DNA of 63,629 nucleotides, counting the filler, from Collodictyon triciliatum (taxonomy: Eukaryota): the NCBI GenBank assembly GCA_043381765.1. It is 17 parts of 17 records of this genome, joined end to end, with 100 filler letters (N's around TTAATTAATTAA, not from the genome) between each part and the next. Parts side by side here need not be neighbours in the genome. Positions count along the whole stretch, not along the records: positions 26,813 to 30,657 come from JBHJMP010006801.1; positions 30,758 to 34,601 come from JBHJMP010006802.1; positions 34,702 to 38,545 come from JBHJMP010006803.1; positions 38,646 to 42,489 come from JBHJMP010006804.1; 13 more parts are not named here. One strand, 5' to 3'. Position 1 is the stretch's first letter, and the number at the start of each line of letters is the position of its first letter. This document shows, piece after piece, positions 27,109 through 40,264 of the stretch. Position numbers and translations under genes: made by a program. Under the pieces are notes generated by a model that ran no database searches, was not told where the DNA came from, and saw nothing but the letters and a program-made list of their open reading frames with translations.

Positions 27109-29249
27109 TTTACGAGTGGTTTGGAAAGAAAGGCGGGGACCGACCAACATCCGATGAAGTAATGAAGGGAGAATTAAAAAATCAACTACAAGCAATTTTT
27201 TTATGCAATTCTATCGAAAGTAATGTATCTGAGACAGGAAAATCTTCCACTAATACATAGTAATATGCAGCTACTACTTCAGTTTTTAAGAATGTGCAAA
27301 AGCTTAAGTAAAGTGCTCCCAGAGGTGTCTGTATTTTGCAAATTTGTAGACGAGCTTGCTTTCCAGGAGGACCATCTATCCTTCTTTTTGTAAGAATCTC
27401 GAGCTGGTTTACATATGACTCAAAATGTTCAAGACTTACTTTTTCTGTCCTTCATATATATTCGCATTAACGACCGAAACACTCAGGCAAGTTAGAAGAG
27501 CCCTTGTATCGTTGGGATGCAATATTATTGGAAATGAACTCGAGGCAGTTTTTTCTTTCCTCTCCATATCATAAAACAAAAGTATGGAATTTATCATTAA
27601 TTTCTTTGTAAAGGTCATATCGACGCCGCTGGACACATGCATCAAAGTTGTAGATATGATTCTGCCAGATGCACCCAAGGCGAAGAAAGACACCATTTTA
27701 AAAGAGGTTTCAAATAGGTTATATATAAGAAAGAGATATTAGCATTGTATTATACACATTGAAATCTCTCCTGCTCGCGCATAATCATTCAGGTCAAAGG
27801 GACGGCAATGTTTTTTGATAGGACTGTGGATGTTGCTCATTTTTTGGAGATTATTCTCAACAGTAGGTTTTCACAAGGATTATGCATTTTCTACTTGAGC
27901 TTCTAGCTGTTCTCTGATTATTCCTACATCCATCAGTGTACGATAATGAAAGATTAGCGGTCATTCAAAACATCGAGCGGGCTTTAGAATTCTTGAATAC
28001 CAGTCTGGGGTAAATTTATTATGCTTATGTTTAAGACCATTCATATGTGGTCCGTATGTACTCCAAAATACCGAATTCAATGGCCAATTGCGGTAGGGCT
28101 CGACAAGTAAACTTCAATGATTTCTACACATTTTGCAAAGTTTTGAATTATCGTGGCACAAGAAGACAGGTTTGAATCCGATTTATTACCTATCAGGCTA
28201 CACAATCTATGCCTTTGTGAAGTGGACGCCGAACGTCATATTAGACCGGTTGCTTTTAAACAATCGTAGGTGTTGGACATGTTCAGAGACCTGGTTGTAA
28301 CCAAAGACGGGAAATTGGACCTTTTCTCAATCATGTATATTTGTGAGAAATACAGCCTTTTTAGTTCCTGTTCAACACATTCAGACCCCATCGTTAGCCA
28401 ATGGGGAAAGTTTGCCAGGGTTGAAAATGTAAATATTTTGAGGGAAACATCACCTTCCATTCGGTTCTTTCATATCTCGTGTGCGCCCTTTATGTGTTGG
28501 CCAAATGAATAGCATTGGGTAATCGTCAGTATTATCTTCCTTTAAACTGCTTTTATTTATTTTCAAACAGATTCACCAATCCAATTACGGCAGCACTTTA
28601 CTTTATGGTATGTGGATGAAAGTGCAGGTCTTCCTGGAAGAGTTCGTAACAGGTCAGAGTAATTTGACAATCAGCAACACCTTTATACATATGATTGAAT
28701 CACTCACATCTTTCCTTCAATATTCAGTCTATTTGTTTCCTTACCCTTCCGTGGCTGGCATTATAACCTCGTTGAGAGAGAGCATAGATAAGGTATTTTA
28801 TTCTTTGTGATGAAAGCATATTGTTTTATTATTATTGTTATTATGAAAAACAACTTTCTGTGCCTCTATGAACTTCGTTAACTCAGACTCCCAAAGTCAA
28901 ATAAAAATGAAGATATTCAGGTGCTCTGTTGGATAACATTTTGATGGTATTTGTAGGAGATATCGTACACTAAAGATACGCTCAGAATTGGTGGCTTAAT
29001 TCGGCACATAATGTTCCAAATGTATCATTATATGGTGACAATAGTTGGAAATGAGGTATCTTAAATCCAGTTGTATCTCAAGAGCTCCTTTTTTTTTTTA
29101 AAAAAAAAAAAAAGTAGGATTGCATGAAAATAACTTAAATCTTGTTTTTACTAACTTCCCAGCCATATCACATTGTACAAGAGGAATTGAATCTTCTACT
29201 TCGTTTGATTGACATCAGAATGCTTGGCATGAGATCTGCAAAGAAGTGA
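27109..29249 (+). CDS. Hypothetical multi-exon helical protein, 5' partial
   Basis: Chain of short AG/GT-bounded exons (LEEPLYRWDAILLEMNSR, VISTPLDTCIKVVDMILPD, VFLEEFVTG...LFPYPSVAGIITSLRESIDK) ending PYHIVQEELNLLLRLIDIRMLGMRSAKK*. Confidence 0.45.
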
Positions 29250-30757
29250 AACCCATGGGAGCTTTGGCACTCTTTCTCATCTCAGTCTCTTTTGAACACG
29301 TTTGACCGATGTGCTCAACCCATTTGTTTTTGATGTGTTAAAAGGAGAGCCCAATGACAAGAGAATATTCGAGTTCTGATTCTTCTAATACACAATAAAT
29401 CGAAATAAAAAGCAAAAATTAGTGCAAATCGCTCTCAACAGAATCTGTTAAAAAATGTTTTACGTGTCGAGAGGCGAGTTATTACAATATTTAACAACTT
29501 AAAAAGACTAGGTCAAAACGTATACGATAGAAAAGTAACGAATGGCCAATACTATGCATATTATTTCGAATGCAGACGTCAAGCTTGATAGAAACGCCGC
29601 GCAATACTCTCTAACATCGCCAACAAAAAGCTGTGTGTAGATTCAGCGTTTGCCACCCGAGCAATTATTCAGCAAACTTTCCCAATCACGCAATCAATCA
29701 AATGGACATATTTGACTTCCCTTCGCAACAAGTGTTGTCTCTGAACAAAGCCCTCCAATCCGCTATGCTCTCTGCTCTCTGTCACATACATATTTCAACG
29801 CCATCACACCACCTCGCCTCTTGAAGTTTGTAGTGATATAGAGAATTGAAAATGAAGAAAAAAAAATCGGACAACCCTCCTCGGTGTCAAAACAGTCCTT
29901 CATCAAAATGTTTGCAAGTGTTGTAACCAAATACAAGACTTTGTCACATATTCGATGCTTTAAAGATGACTATCAGTGTAAAAGCCAATAACCACCCAAT
30001 AATTAATAGTGTCCCATAAACAACAAAATCAGCTGGATTCTGCAAACCCAGGCTCTAAGTTCCCGAAGTAATACTTATCAAATACAACATTTATTTCAAT
30101 TGTAAAATTAATACAATTCACAAACTTAAACAAACGGAAACACAGGCTGATTAATGTATAATATTATAAATTCCAGAATTGATGAGTGTGGCCTCTGCCA
30201 CGAATCTCTACGAACATCGGCAGACGCAGAAGAACGCCAATCCGCAAAGCAACCCGGAGAAGTGTCATTGGAGAGCGAGTCGGGCAACTCAGTGCGGCAA
30301 AGAGGCCAGCGGCAAGAATCTCCGCAATGGCCTGAACAAGTTGACGAGTCATTTGCACGCTGCTGACACTTTCCCACAACTTGTTCAGAATGACCCAACC
30401 GCGGCACACAGCGCCGGCGTCTTTTCTTGGGCTGAGGGCTTTTCGCTTTTACTACGTCGCTTTCATCCTTTCGCTTGGGAGCGTCGAGCTCGTAGCAGGT
30501 GCGTGCAGCTTTGCAAAGAAGACGCAGAAGCAGGATAAGAAAAGAGGAGAGAAGAGAAAAAAGAAAAAGAAAAAGAAAAAGAAAAAGAAAAAGAAAAAGA
30601 AAAAGAAAAAGAAAAAGAAAAAGAAAAAGAAAAAGAAAAAGAAAAAGAAAAAGAAAANNNNNNNNNNNNNNNNNNNNNNNNNNNNNNNNNNNNNNNNNNN
30701 NTTAATTAATTAANNNNNNNNNNNNNNNNNNNNNNNNNNNNNNNNNNNNNNNNNNNN

Positions 30758-31170
30758 CTGGGCAGTGACGCGAGGCCATTTGCTATGGACTATGTGGATA
30801 GCACGCATATACTCACGCGAAGCAAGATTCAACAACCAGCCACCCATTCCTGATAATAGGCTGGATGACATCATACAAATTTCTTTCCTCAATAGCTTTC
30901 TTCGCCACCTGCACGTTCTCTACTACTCCGACCCCGTGAGAAGAGACATGTGGAAAGAGGTTGAGAAAGAGACTCAACTTCGCATTGTATCTCTCATGCA
31001 AGCACAAGACCCAGGATACAGGCCAAACCGCAGGATGCAATTCCTGATTACCGGCTACTTCTCCGCCACCCGGCCAACAGGTGGCGTCCATGCAAAACGA
31101 AGGCTGGCAAACCAAAGCCAGCATCTCCCATATCCAAGTCTTGCTTGCAGAAAATAAAAAGAATAATCAG
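30758..31170 (+). mobile_element. Non-LTR retrotransposon (L1/Tx1-like) ORF2 C-terminus and 3' tail; long form of family A
   Basis: Intronless, GC-richer frame with LLWTMWIAR..EARFNN, resembling the WxIWxxRN..F motif after the L1/Tx1 zinc finger. 31079-31130 matches the dispersed poly(A)-tailed family A copies. Confidence 0.6.
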
Positions 31171-32545
31171 GATAACAACCAAAAAAATAGCTTTAAAAAA
31201 GCAGCGGCCATGTCTAAACCTCGATTAATACTTATTCCAGAAATGGTAGTATTATTCGTATATAATATTCTATATATAATATACCATACCATATGTTGTG
31301 GTAATAATTTCCGTATTTGGCACCTAACAGCAAGTCTGGCACCCCATCTCGAGTTTGGCACCATCACCCGACCAGAGTAACACACCACCAAACCGATCGG
31401 CATCCATGAACCCGAATCATGCACAAGCAGCCACGATCAAGTCTTATCCAACAATGACTACAACGTGATGAACTGGAACAGCTCGAAAAGCAAACTTGTA
31501 CGCATCGTTGATGAATGAGCGCAGTTTCCGTGTCGCCCTCTGTTCCTACCACGCGTGAAGCTTTTCCCCCAGAACGCTAATACTCACTCGATTTCTGAGC
31601 TTTTCAAAATCATACCACTTTCTGAACCGAGACTAGAATACTATATTCTTGATCGTGCTGGCCCACCCCGAAGGAACACGCTTAAGCTTTTTGTGTTTTG
31701 TTTCTCCTTTCTATTTTCGTTTTTCTTATACCTCAGTTTGTTTTTTCGTAAAACTTTTTGATCACTACGTGGGTTGGAATGGGCATGTAATTAAATGCAG
31801 ACTTTAAAATAGTTTTTCTCTTAATATTTTGTTCTTTTAACTGATTTGTACCTCATTCATACGGTTTCTTCCCCATGAGTGGAGCTCTTTCTTTTCTTTT
31901 TCTTTTTCTTTTTCTTTTTCTTTTTCTTTTTCTTTTTCTTTTTCTTTTTCTTTTTCTTTTTCTTTTTCTTTTTCTTTTTCTTTTTCTTTTTTTCTTTTTC
32001 TTTTTTTCTTTTTCTTTTCTTTTCTTTCTCTTTTTCTTTTCATTCTCTTTTTCTTTTCTTTCTCTTTTTCTTTTCTTTTCTTTTCTTTTTACTTATTGGT
32101 TTGAGTATGGAGAAAGGGCATACGCTTTTAGATATCATCATACAAAGTGGACTCACTATACAGATTTATTTGACTTAATGAAAGGTAATATGGTTTGATC
32201 ACAAATCTGTTTTCTTCGCAGAAATTCCTAAGGAAAGTAAAGAGCAATAGTTCGAAACTTTTGGGCCGAGACGCCTGGGCTCCTGGTATTCTCAAGGTAC
32301 TTTTCTTATTTCCAATTAGGGGACTTAGTCAAGGGTCTTAAATAGCACAGTCAATATGTATGTTACTTTGTGGTATTATTTCCAGGAAATTTTGGCACTT
32401 TTTCTTCTTCTCTATCCCTTCTTAACAGAAAACTTGTGTTTACACCACTATTTATATTGAAAGAAATATACTTGTTTGGATATTATAGCGTCTTAAGAAA
32501 TCTCTACCAAGCACCGCACCATTTTTATCACAACCCCTTAGGTCT

Positions 32546-34601
32546 ATGGCGAGGATAGGCGGATTTCCCTTAAAAATACCCAACTGGTTGATTTTCACGC
32601 TTTTCTTCAGCTTAAGTGTCAATTTTGCCTTAACCTGGTCCGTTATGGAAACCACGTGCCAGTCCTCTCTTGAAACTGCAGCTTTTTTTGACATTCAAAC
32701 GAGCCTTAAGGTTCAGATCGACTTCGTCGAAGAAAAAGCCGGTCTCATTCATCATGATCAACTCATAATTTGGAAAAATGAGGAAGACTGGCAGAGAGTT
32801 GTTCATGGTGGTATTCTCACTTTGCAATACAACAGCTACATTATACTTTCGAATTCCAGCATTTTCTTGGATTGTCGTACAGAAGAACATGATGTCAACC
32901 TGTCAAAGCTACTTTGCATTTCCAAGAGACTCTACCTATCCAAGTTAATACCAAACTATTCCATTCTTCAAGGTAAAATACTGAGTATAATCCTCATGAT
33001 ACTGCGCTTTTCTACGTCTCTTTAGGTTAGATAAAATGGTTGAAATATTTTTACAAATAGATGAATATGGTAGAATCTCTGTTGTGAAAAAAATACAACG
33101 AAATAATAGAGGATTTTTTTGTGTCAATGGAAATTTTATTAAACATCAGGAAAATCAGACACCAACAGAGCAAGTGAGGATTAAATTATGAGATAAAAAT
33201 TGCATACATCAAATAAGATGGCATAAACGACCCTAGTGAATGATTTTGACCATCCATCAGATACAGGAAGTCTACAAGAGCTCCAGAATCATATATTCAA
33301 ATATCTCCTTTTCGAGATCCAAGAAAAAAGGTGAAGTGAAATACTCTTATGGAAAATGCTATTTTATATTCAGAGAACTCTTTCCTGATTGTAAATCAAT
33401 CTTGTAGGTATAGATACAGCCCTGATGGAAAAAGGAGTAAACCAGTCGGTCGGTTTCATTGAAACCCCCCATCCTTTACAATATCCCTTAAATGCTACAG
33501 GAGTCACGGTTCAATCACCGGTCGATACAAAAAAGAAAGGAGACAATGCAATGAGCATTGAAAAGTACTCTCGTATAAAAAAATTTCGTGGACGAAATAA
33601 GGTATTCGACAGAAGCTTAGATAACTTATCTGAGATTTTTCTGGAAAAAGAGGATTTTGAAAGGAAAAAGAAGAGCTAGTTGTTATTTTACATAAAAAAA
33701 TTCTCATAATTTTGAAACGTATGATATAGTAATAAATATGCCCTTCACCTCTTGAAATACTAAATGGATAAATCGTCAGACTGCTGAACCGTTCCCCAGG
33801 AAAATTTTCGATTCTTTTTACCATTGGTTCAAGAAAAATAAGCCCCTGTTTGACATTACCTCCATGAGGCGCAGAACATCATGCATGAAAAAAATCAATA
33901 AATGCAAAGGTATGGATTTCAAAAGATAAAGCCTCAAATCATTTATATAATTGAAATAATTTTGCAACAAAATAGTTATGTTTTTTTTCCTTTATTCGAT
34001 TCAAAGTGTAGCGAGGTTGTGTCAAGCAAAATAGTTATGTTAAAAGTATTTTTCAAAAAAAGGAACAAAACTGATGGACGGCGCACAGTTGGTTCAAAGA
34101 AACGACGCCAAGTAATACAGCTTACAAAATATTAGTTAATTTGCTATTGAATGACGAAAATTATACTCATATTTATTTTCTTGGATACAATTAAAGGAAA
34201 AGGAATGAGAGCTATCAAAACACTCCTCGTTTTACAGAGTCAAATACATACGGAAATACCGAGAGTCTTCAAAACACACCGCTTGGTGAGCAAACTAACA
34301 CGTATTCAGAGACTGGGAGTCGCCAGAACACTCCACTCGTGACAGAGTCAAATACATACGGAAATACCGAGAGTCTTCAAAACACACCTCTTGGTGAGCA
34401 AACTAATACGTATTCAGAGACCGAGAGCCGTCAGAACACTCCACATGTGACCGAGTCAAATACGTATGGAAATACCGAGAGTCTCCAAAACACACCGCTT
34501 GGTGAGCAAACTAACACGTATTCAGAGACCGAGAGCCGTCAGAACACTCCACTTGTGACCGAGTCAAATACGTATGGAAATACCGAGAGTCTTCAAAACA
34601 C
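32546..34601 (+). CDS. Hypothetical protein with N-terminal hydrophobic segment and Thr/Ser/Asn/Glu-rich tandem repeats, 3' partial
   Basis: MARIGGFPLKIPNWLIFTLFFSLSVNFA..., several GT-AG-bounded exons and an in-frame repeat exon from about 34200. Linking these segments into one gene is inferred. Confidence 0.45.
34204..34601 (+). repeat. Coding tandem repeat, 108-bp unit made of two 54-bp subunits
   Basis: (TESNTYGNTESLQNTPLG EQTNTYSETESRQNTPxV) about 3.5 times, up to the contig end. Confidence 0.9.
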
Positions 34602-34832
34602 NNNNNNNNNNNNNNNNNNNNNNNNNNNNNNNNNNNNNNNNNNNNTTAATTAATTAANNNNNNNNNNNNNNNNNNNNNNNNNNNNNNNNNNNNNNNNNNN
34701 NATACCATTCCCAAAACCAAAAAAAAAAAAAAATGCTGTGGAAAAAAAAGCTAAGACATTAGTCGCAGCGAAACTGGTTTTCTTTCAATCAACTTTTAGT
34801 CCCGTAACCTTGTAGCGAGCAATGGAGTTCAA

Positions 34833-34889
<57 letters not shown>

Positions 34890-35054
34890 GGGGGGGGGGG
34901 GGGTTATGGCACCGAAAAGATTTGCATCGGACTAGTTGTGTGGTGGGATGGAAACGGTCGATGGAATAAGATATTGTCCACACGGAGTTATTCAGACTTG
35001 AATGAATCGGGGTGCAGAAAAACGGAAGAAGGACTCAGGAATACTCCTTTTTTT

Positions 35055-35115
35055 TCTTTTTTTATTCTTCCTTTCAATTTTGTGCAGGATGGCGGAGATG
35101 TTGGCTTTGGTTCGC
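35055..35115 (-). mobile_element. LINE tail family A copy with degenerate 14-bp TSD
   Basis: Flanks ACTCAGGAATACTC (35033-35046) and ACTTAGGAAGACTC (35116-35129). Confidence 0.8.
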
Positions 35116-35159
35116 ACTTAGGAAGACTCTTTATTCATGTCTTTGGTATCGACGAAGTT

Positions 35160-38100
35160 TCATGTGATATGGTGGAGGTTCACTTGAACTTTGGTGCGCC
35201 GGCCTTTTAACAGATATACTGCTAATCCGGCCAACGCGCCCGCAACAATCACACTTGCCACCGCGATACCAGCAACTGTCGCTGGCGATAGTTCTTTTTC
35301 TCTGCTAGACTTTTTATATTCTGTTTGAATTTTCGTGAAAAATGGAGCTTCCCCTGCGTCATTTGCTGCTTTGATTTCATATCCGTATGTAACATCACTT
35401 CTGCACGATTAAATATACGCCAGTCGAGGTTAAGTTTATTTGTATGAAAATATGAAAAGCGGAGAAATGTTTTTACTCAAAAAAAAAATCATAGTAATGA
35501 AACCCTTACTTTACGCTAGAATCAAGATACTCCGTTGAGAGTACGACCAAGTCTCCAGTGTCAAATCGAGGAGACCGCCGAACGATGTAGTAAAGAGGGC
35601 CAGCATTTCCTTGGGGAATGTCCATGGAATTATACAGATATTGGGTTCGGTTAAGGGGGGAGATCATTTGTTTATTCTTCCTTTCAATTTTTTGCAGGAC
35701 GGTGGGGATGTTGGCTTTGGTTCGCTAGCCAAAGGTTAAGGGGGGGGGGGGAAGATATGTATTCCTTTAAATGTTTACAAGATTGGGATTTATGTAGCGG
35801 CTTTCGTAAATATAACATCTCATGTGATAGTGAATTTTGGCATGAATTGCTTTATACCTCTGTTGAAGGGCTCATTCCAAGATACTTTAACCTCAGTTCC
35901 TGATAACCTTTCAATCCTTGGAGGGAGAACGATATGACCAGGCAAAGCTACGACCGAATTAAATTGGGCTATTAATGACTAATTAGCATAACATGAAAGA
36001 CATATCTCTGCCCTATTCTGTGGTGGATGTAAATTACGTTTTTGTTTACTATGATTGCAAAACCTAAGGATAAGCTCTGGACATATGGTATGCATACTTA
36101 CGAGATTCATCCCAATCTGGGTAATACAAGTCGTAATAGCATCGCATTCTAGCATGCTTTTTCATATAATAACCATTATACCCGATAAAGGAGAGCAGAG
36201 CAGAGGAAAAGAAAAGAAGAGAAAAGAAAAACTGGAAAGGAAAGGAAAGGAAAAGAGAAAAAAGAGAAAAAAGAAAAAAAGAGAAAAGAAGGCAAAGGCA
36301 AATTCATCTGTGTCATGACTTGATGGCGTATGGAGGCATAATTACTTGTTGAAGAGAAAACTCTTGTTTAAAGCAAATTCCTTCTGGCTGTGAGTATCCC
36401 ATGATATTTTCTACTGGGGTGTTAACCCATGGTTCGCTCACACAATCAGAGCACGATATATCTGACACCTATTTCCCAATGAGACAAAATGACATTTATA
36501 ATTCATAATACCAAAATTCAAAATACACAAGCATTCTATACTAGGAGATTTTAGAACATCCAACGATGTAAAATTCAATCACATTACCCCTCTGGGACAT
36601 GGTTCAGGATCACTGCAGAAAAAATTCATGGGAGTTGGTCTCGTATCAGCACATAGGTCACCCTTAAGCATGGTACCTTCTGCGCCATCAGGGTATTGAG
36701 GCTCAGAACAAGGATCATCGCACCCTTAAATAATATTTCTTTTTAGCTTAATTCGTCTAAAAACTTATTAGTTTGATAAGTTGTTTTACTTTATGTATGG
36801 GTATCAGTAGAAAATAAAATAAAAATAAGTGCATATCTGGATACCACCTTCAGATAGCTCACTAACTCCCCGGAATGTATGCCATAAACCAAACGAATGT
36901 CCAGCCTTAAATACGCCATAATTTATGAAGGAATTTTTACTTTTTCCAATTGGTTATTGCCGGTATGATATTTAGTGCATGTATCAAACCTCATGTGGGG
37001 CAGTTGTACCGTGATACACTGAATCAGGCCCATCCCCCCATACCGATTTTTCCAAGAGAAAACCTCCTGAGAAAGAACTATCGAAGTCGATTGTCCATGG
37101 AAAAACAGAAATTCCCAACAGATATGAATCTATATTATTTGGGTTACATGAATTTTGTTGTAGTCGTGTGTGTCATGTTTGATTGTTTTAGTAATAGTAA
37201 AAAAAAAAAAAAAAAGCTAGGAAACATATCTTACTTTCCATACCACCAACATAGATGTAAAGATGAGTGGAAAAGTTAGAACTCGCGTATTGTCGGATTT
37301 CAATGATATCAGCGAAACCTATAATGGCATTGGGCCGTGTATGTAAGTAAAGAATTTTTGTGCAAATTTAATCATATGCCCTAAAATGAAGTTGTACTTC
37401 TTTGAAAAAGAGGACGCTTGCTATCAAAACATTTTCCCAGGGAAGGATCCTCGCAGCAGTCACCACCGTCAAAATTTTTGGGAGCCACATTGCAGACATC
37501 CTGGCAAATCCCATCCCCTATCATAGACTTTATTGGACATAAGTATACATAGGATGACTGACGTTAAGAGATGATACAAAACACTTCATTTTGCTCATTT
37601 AAGACCACGAATGTTAAAAATGGATAATTGCTGGTAGTATGTACAATTAGATACTTATTCACGACATAGATTAACTTTACTTGTTCACAAGTGCTATAAT
37701 CATAGCAGATGCAATAACAATCATCGATTCCTTCCATGGTATATACTATATTTTCATAAGTGCACAGAGGGTTGCATGATTCGGGATTTGGGCAGAGCCA
37801 ATCCCCGCCATCAAATCCATTATGCAAAGTAAGACATTCTATGTTGGGTATTCCTACATAACAAGATGGCAGTTTTTATAATAGATCAAACTAATTTACA
37901 ACAGTCCTCACATCTACTGATAATATCATATCGTTTTGTGATTTGAAAGAAACCATCTCCTAAGTTTTCGATCCTACAGTCATATGGTGTTATTTCCCCA
38001 TACCACAAATAAGTGGAATTTATCACAACATCTTCAAAAACAAAATCTATGGATGATCCTTCAAAATATGAATTCAAGACTTCTTTTTGGAATTCGGTCT

Positions 38101-38160
38101 TTTCTGCATTGGAGAATGGTTCACTGTAGTCATCTTTTCCTATCGAATAAACTTTAACCC
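35160..38160 (-). CDS. Pappalysin-like M43 metalloprotease with LNR modules, FN3-like domain and C-terminal TM helix, 5' partial
   Basis: Spliced HE|AGHSFGLWHTFRGVSE, GDLCADTRPTP, Met-turn NIMGY, LNR-like IGDGICQDVCNVAPKNFDGGDCC, FN3-like VSWNEPFNRGNAGPLYY..YGYEIKAANDAG, TM VAGIAVASVIVAGALAGLAVYLL-KGRR. Confidence 0.85.
35670..35731 (-). mobile_element. LINE tail family A copy in a protease intron
   Basis: Flanked by GGTTAAGGGGGG at 35649-35660 and 35734-35745. Confidence 0.8.
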
Positions 38161-39131
38161 CTGTAATAAATATATACATATTAGTCTTTACCAAAAATGT
38201 TCTCTTATGACCAGTAAAAAGGATCTTTTATAATCTAAAATAATTCTTTATTTTTCAATTTGTACGATATGGAGAGGCAGATTGAAGAAATTATGAAACA
38301 GAAAGGCTTTCATATTTTTATAACATCCAGAAAACAAACATCAAAGTATAATTTTTTTTTCTCCATCGCGCACATATTGAAAGGAGGAACAATAGCGCAA
38401 CACATACATACATACATCCATACATACATACATACATACATCCATACATACATACATCCATACATACATACATACATACATACATACATACATACATACA
38501 TACATACATACATACATACATACATACATACATACATACATACATNNNNNNNNNNNNNNNNNNNNNNNNNNNNNNNNNNNNNNNNNNNNTTAATTAATTA
38601 ANNNNNNNNNNNNNNNNNNNNNNNNNNNNNNNNNNNNNNNNNNNNTTTTTCCGCACCAGTATTGAGAGCAAGTGTATTAGAGTTCAAAAAGACCTGCCTT
38701 TTCTATCTGCGAAATTATCCAAAACATAATTTGTTTCTAAAGGTAAATGTGTTCTGGAAATATAACATGGCAATAATATAGTTACTTGAAATTTTGAGTA
38801 ATTTGCAGGCGTTATTTTTCAGTTATGTTATTGAGGCTCGATAACACGGATAGTATTAATGTAACATAAATTCACATTAATGGCTTTAGGATGATTTTAT
38901 CATTCAAGTTCAAAGAAAAAGCGAAAAAACTGGGTTAATATCGATGTGGATTAGTGGAATTTCCTTATTTGTTTTATGACTGGTGACGGATCCTACGTTG
39001 ACAAACTACCGAAGCACGTTCTTTATTTCTACTAGCTTTGAAATTTGAATAGATTCTGGAGAAGAATAAATTAAGCCGTCTTCCAAATCTAATGGTCTGG
39101 TTCATACTACTTGCTTGAGTTGCACAGAATA

Positions 39132-40264
39132 TCACGCTGGGCAGAATTCGGTTACACTCTTCGAATGTCCATTAACCCAAAACATAGGAGTATCGTAGCT
39201 ATATTTCGATGGCTTCTCAAACATTGTGGAGGTGATATGTTCATCACACATAGCTTGTTTCTTATCATACTGGAAGTTAACTATAGAGGGCCTACGTCCA
39301 GTAGGTGTAAAAACCAGGTGTTCATCATTAATTTTGGCCCAAGGACAGGTCTTGTAACAAGATGTGTCAACGGTCAGTATAGCCATGAAAAAATCCACGC
39401 AGTAGTCTAACTCAAATCCTTTCATTCCACTTAAATAAGCTTCGTGAAAATATCTTTGAACGCTCAGTACTTTGTGCTCATTAATTTCCACTTCTTTACA
39501 AGCTTCAGCTAGGAACTCCTTGAGCTTTCCAGCGTACGCGAGGTATATCCCAGAATAAATGTAACGGGGTCTAATATATGAATATTATAGTCAACGCCAA
39601 ACGTGAATATTCTACTATTATTGACTATAAGCAAACCCGTTCTTGAAGCAAGTGTTGTACGATCCAACCTGGTCGTATGCTCTAACGCAACCATTAGTGG
39701 TTTCCTGGATGGAGGTATTATAATTCTTTCTCATGTCATCTGGCCAGCAATTGTACTCGACAGACATCATCATGTCCACTTTTTTGTCCTTGAATTTCCT
39801 GACTATATCATTGAAATCTTCATTCAGCACAACATCCATAGAGTCACAAAAAATGATGATTGTTCCATTTTCATAACTTTTTATCTCGTCTCTCACGTCA
39901 ACAGTTTGTCTGCATTGCGGTTCCAACGGGTTCCATAACCTATTATATGTAACAATGCTCCATAGCAGTTCGACGATTTTGCAATGTCACAAACTCTGTG
40001 CTTATCAGAATTCCACACTAAAATCACTACTGCATTGTGTAACCTTAGAGCATTCAAATATTTTTTTGACGGTTGTTCATGAATACTTTTAGTGGATCTC
40101 TCACTGACGACATGTCGCACAGATGGCAATAGAAAATCCCTGTGCTTTACAGCTACCCGACCCCTCCTGGCATGCGCAGGCGTCAAATTTGCCTCATCCA
40201 AATACACGAATATTCCAATTGCAAGTATGAGTCCTAGAATTAAAATAACTAATCCCTTTGTCAT
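39132..40264 (-). pseudogene. PLOD-type (procollagen galactosyl/glucosyltransferase-like) type II membrane glycosyltransferase, frameshifted
   Basis: N-terminal anchor, IIIFCDSMDV, MMMSVEYNCWPD, RYIYSGIYLAYA, LDYCVDFF, WVNGHSK. One intron near 39562-39636 and a 1-nt frameshift near 39897 (KLLT* versus DVRDEIK). Confidence 0.65.

Noticed and set aside
35649-35660. CCCCTTAACC on the minus strand as a U12 branch point
   Set aside because: It is the TSD of a family A insertion. The intron has an ordinary GTATAA donor and splices in frame at CCCCAAG.
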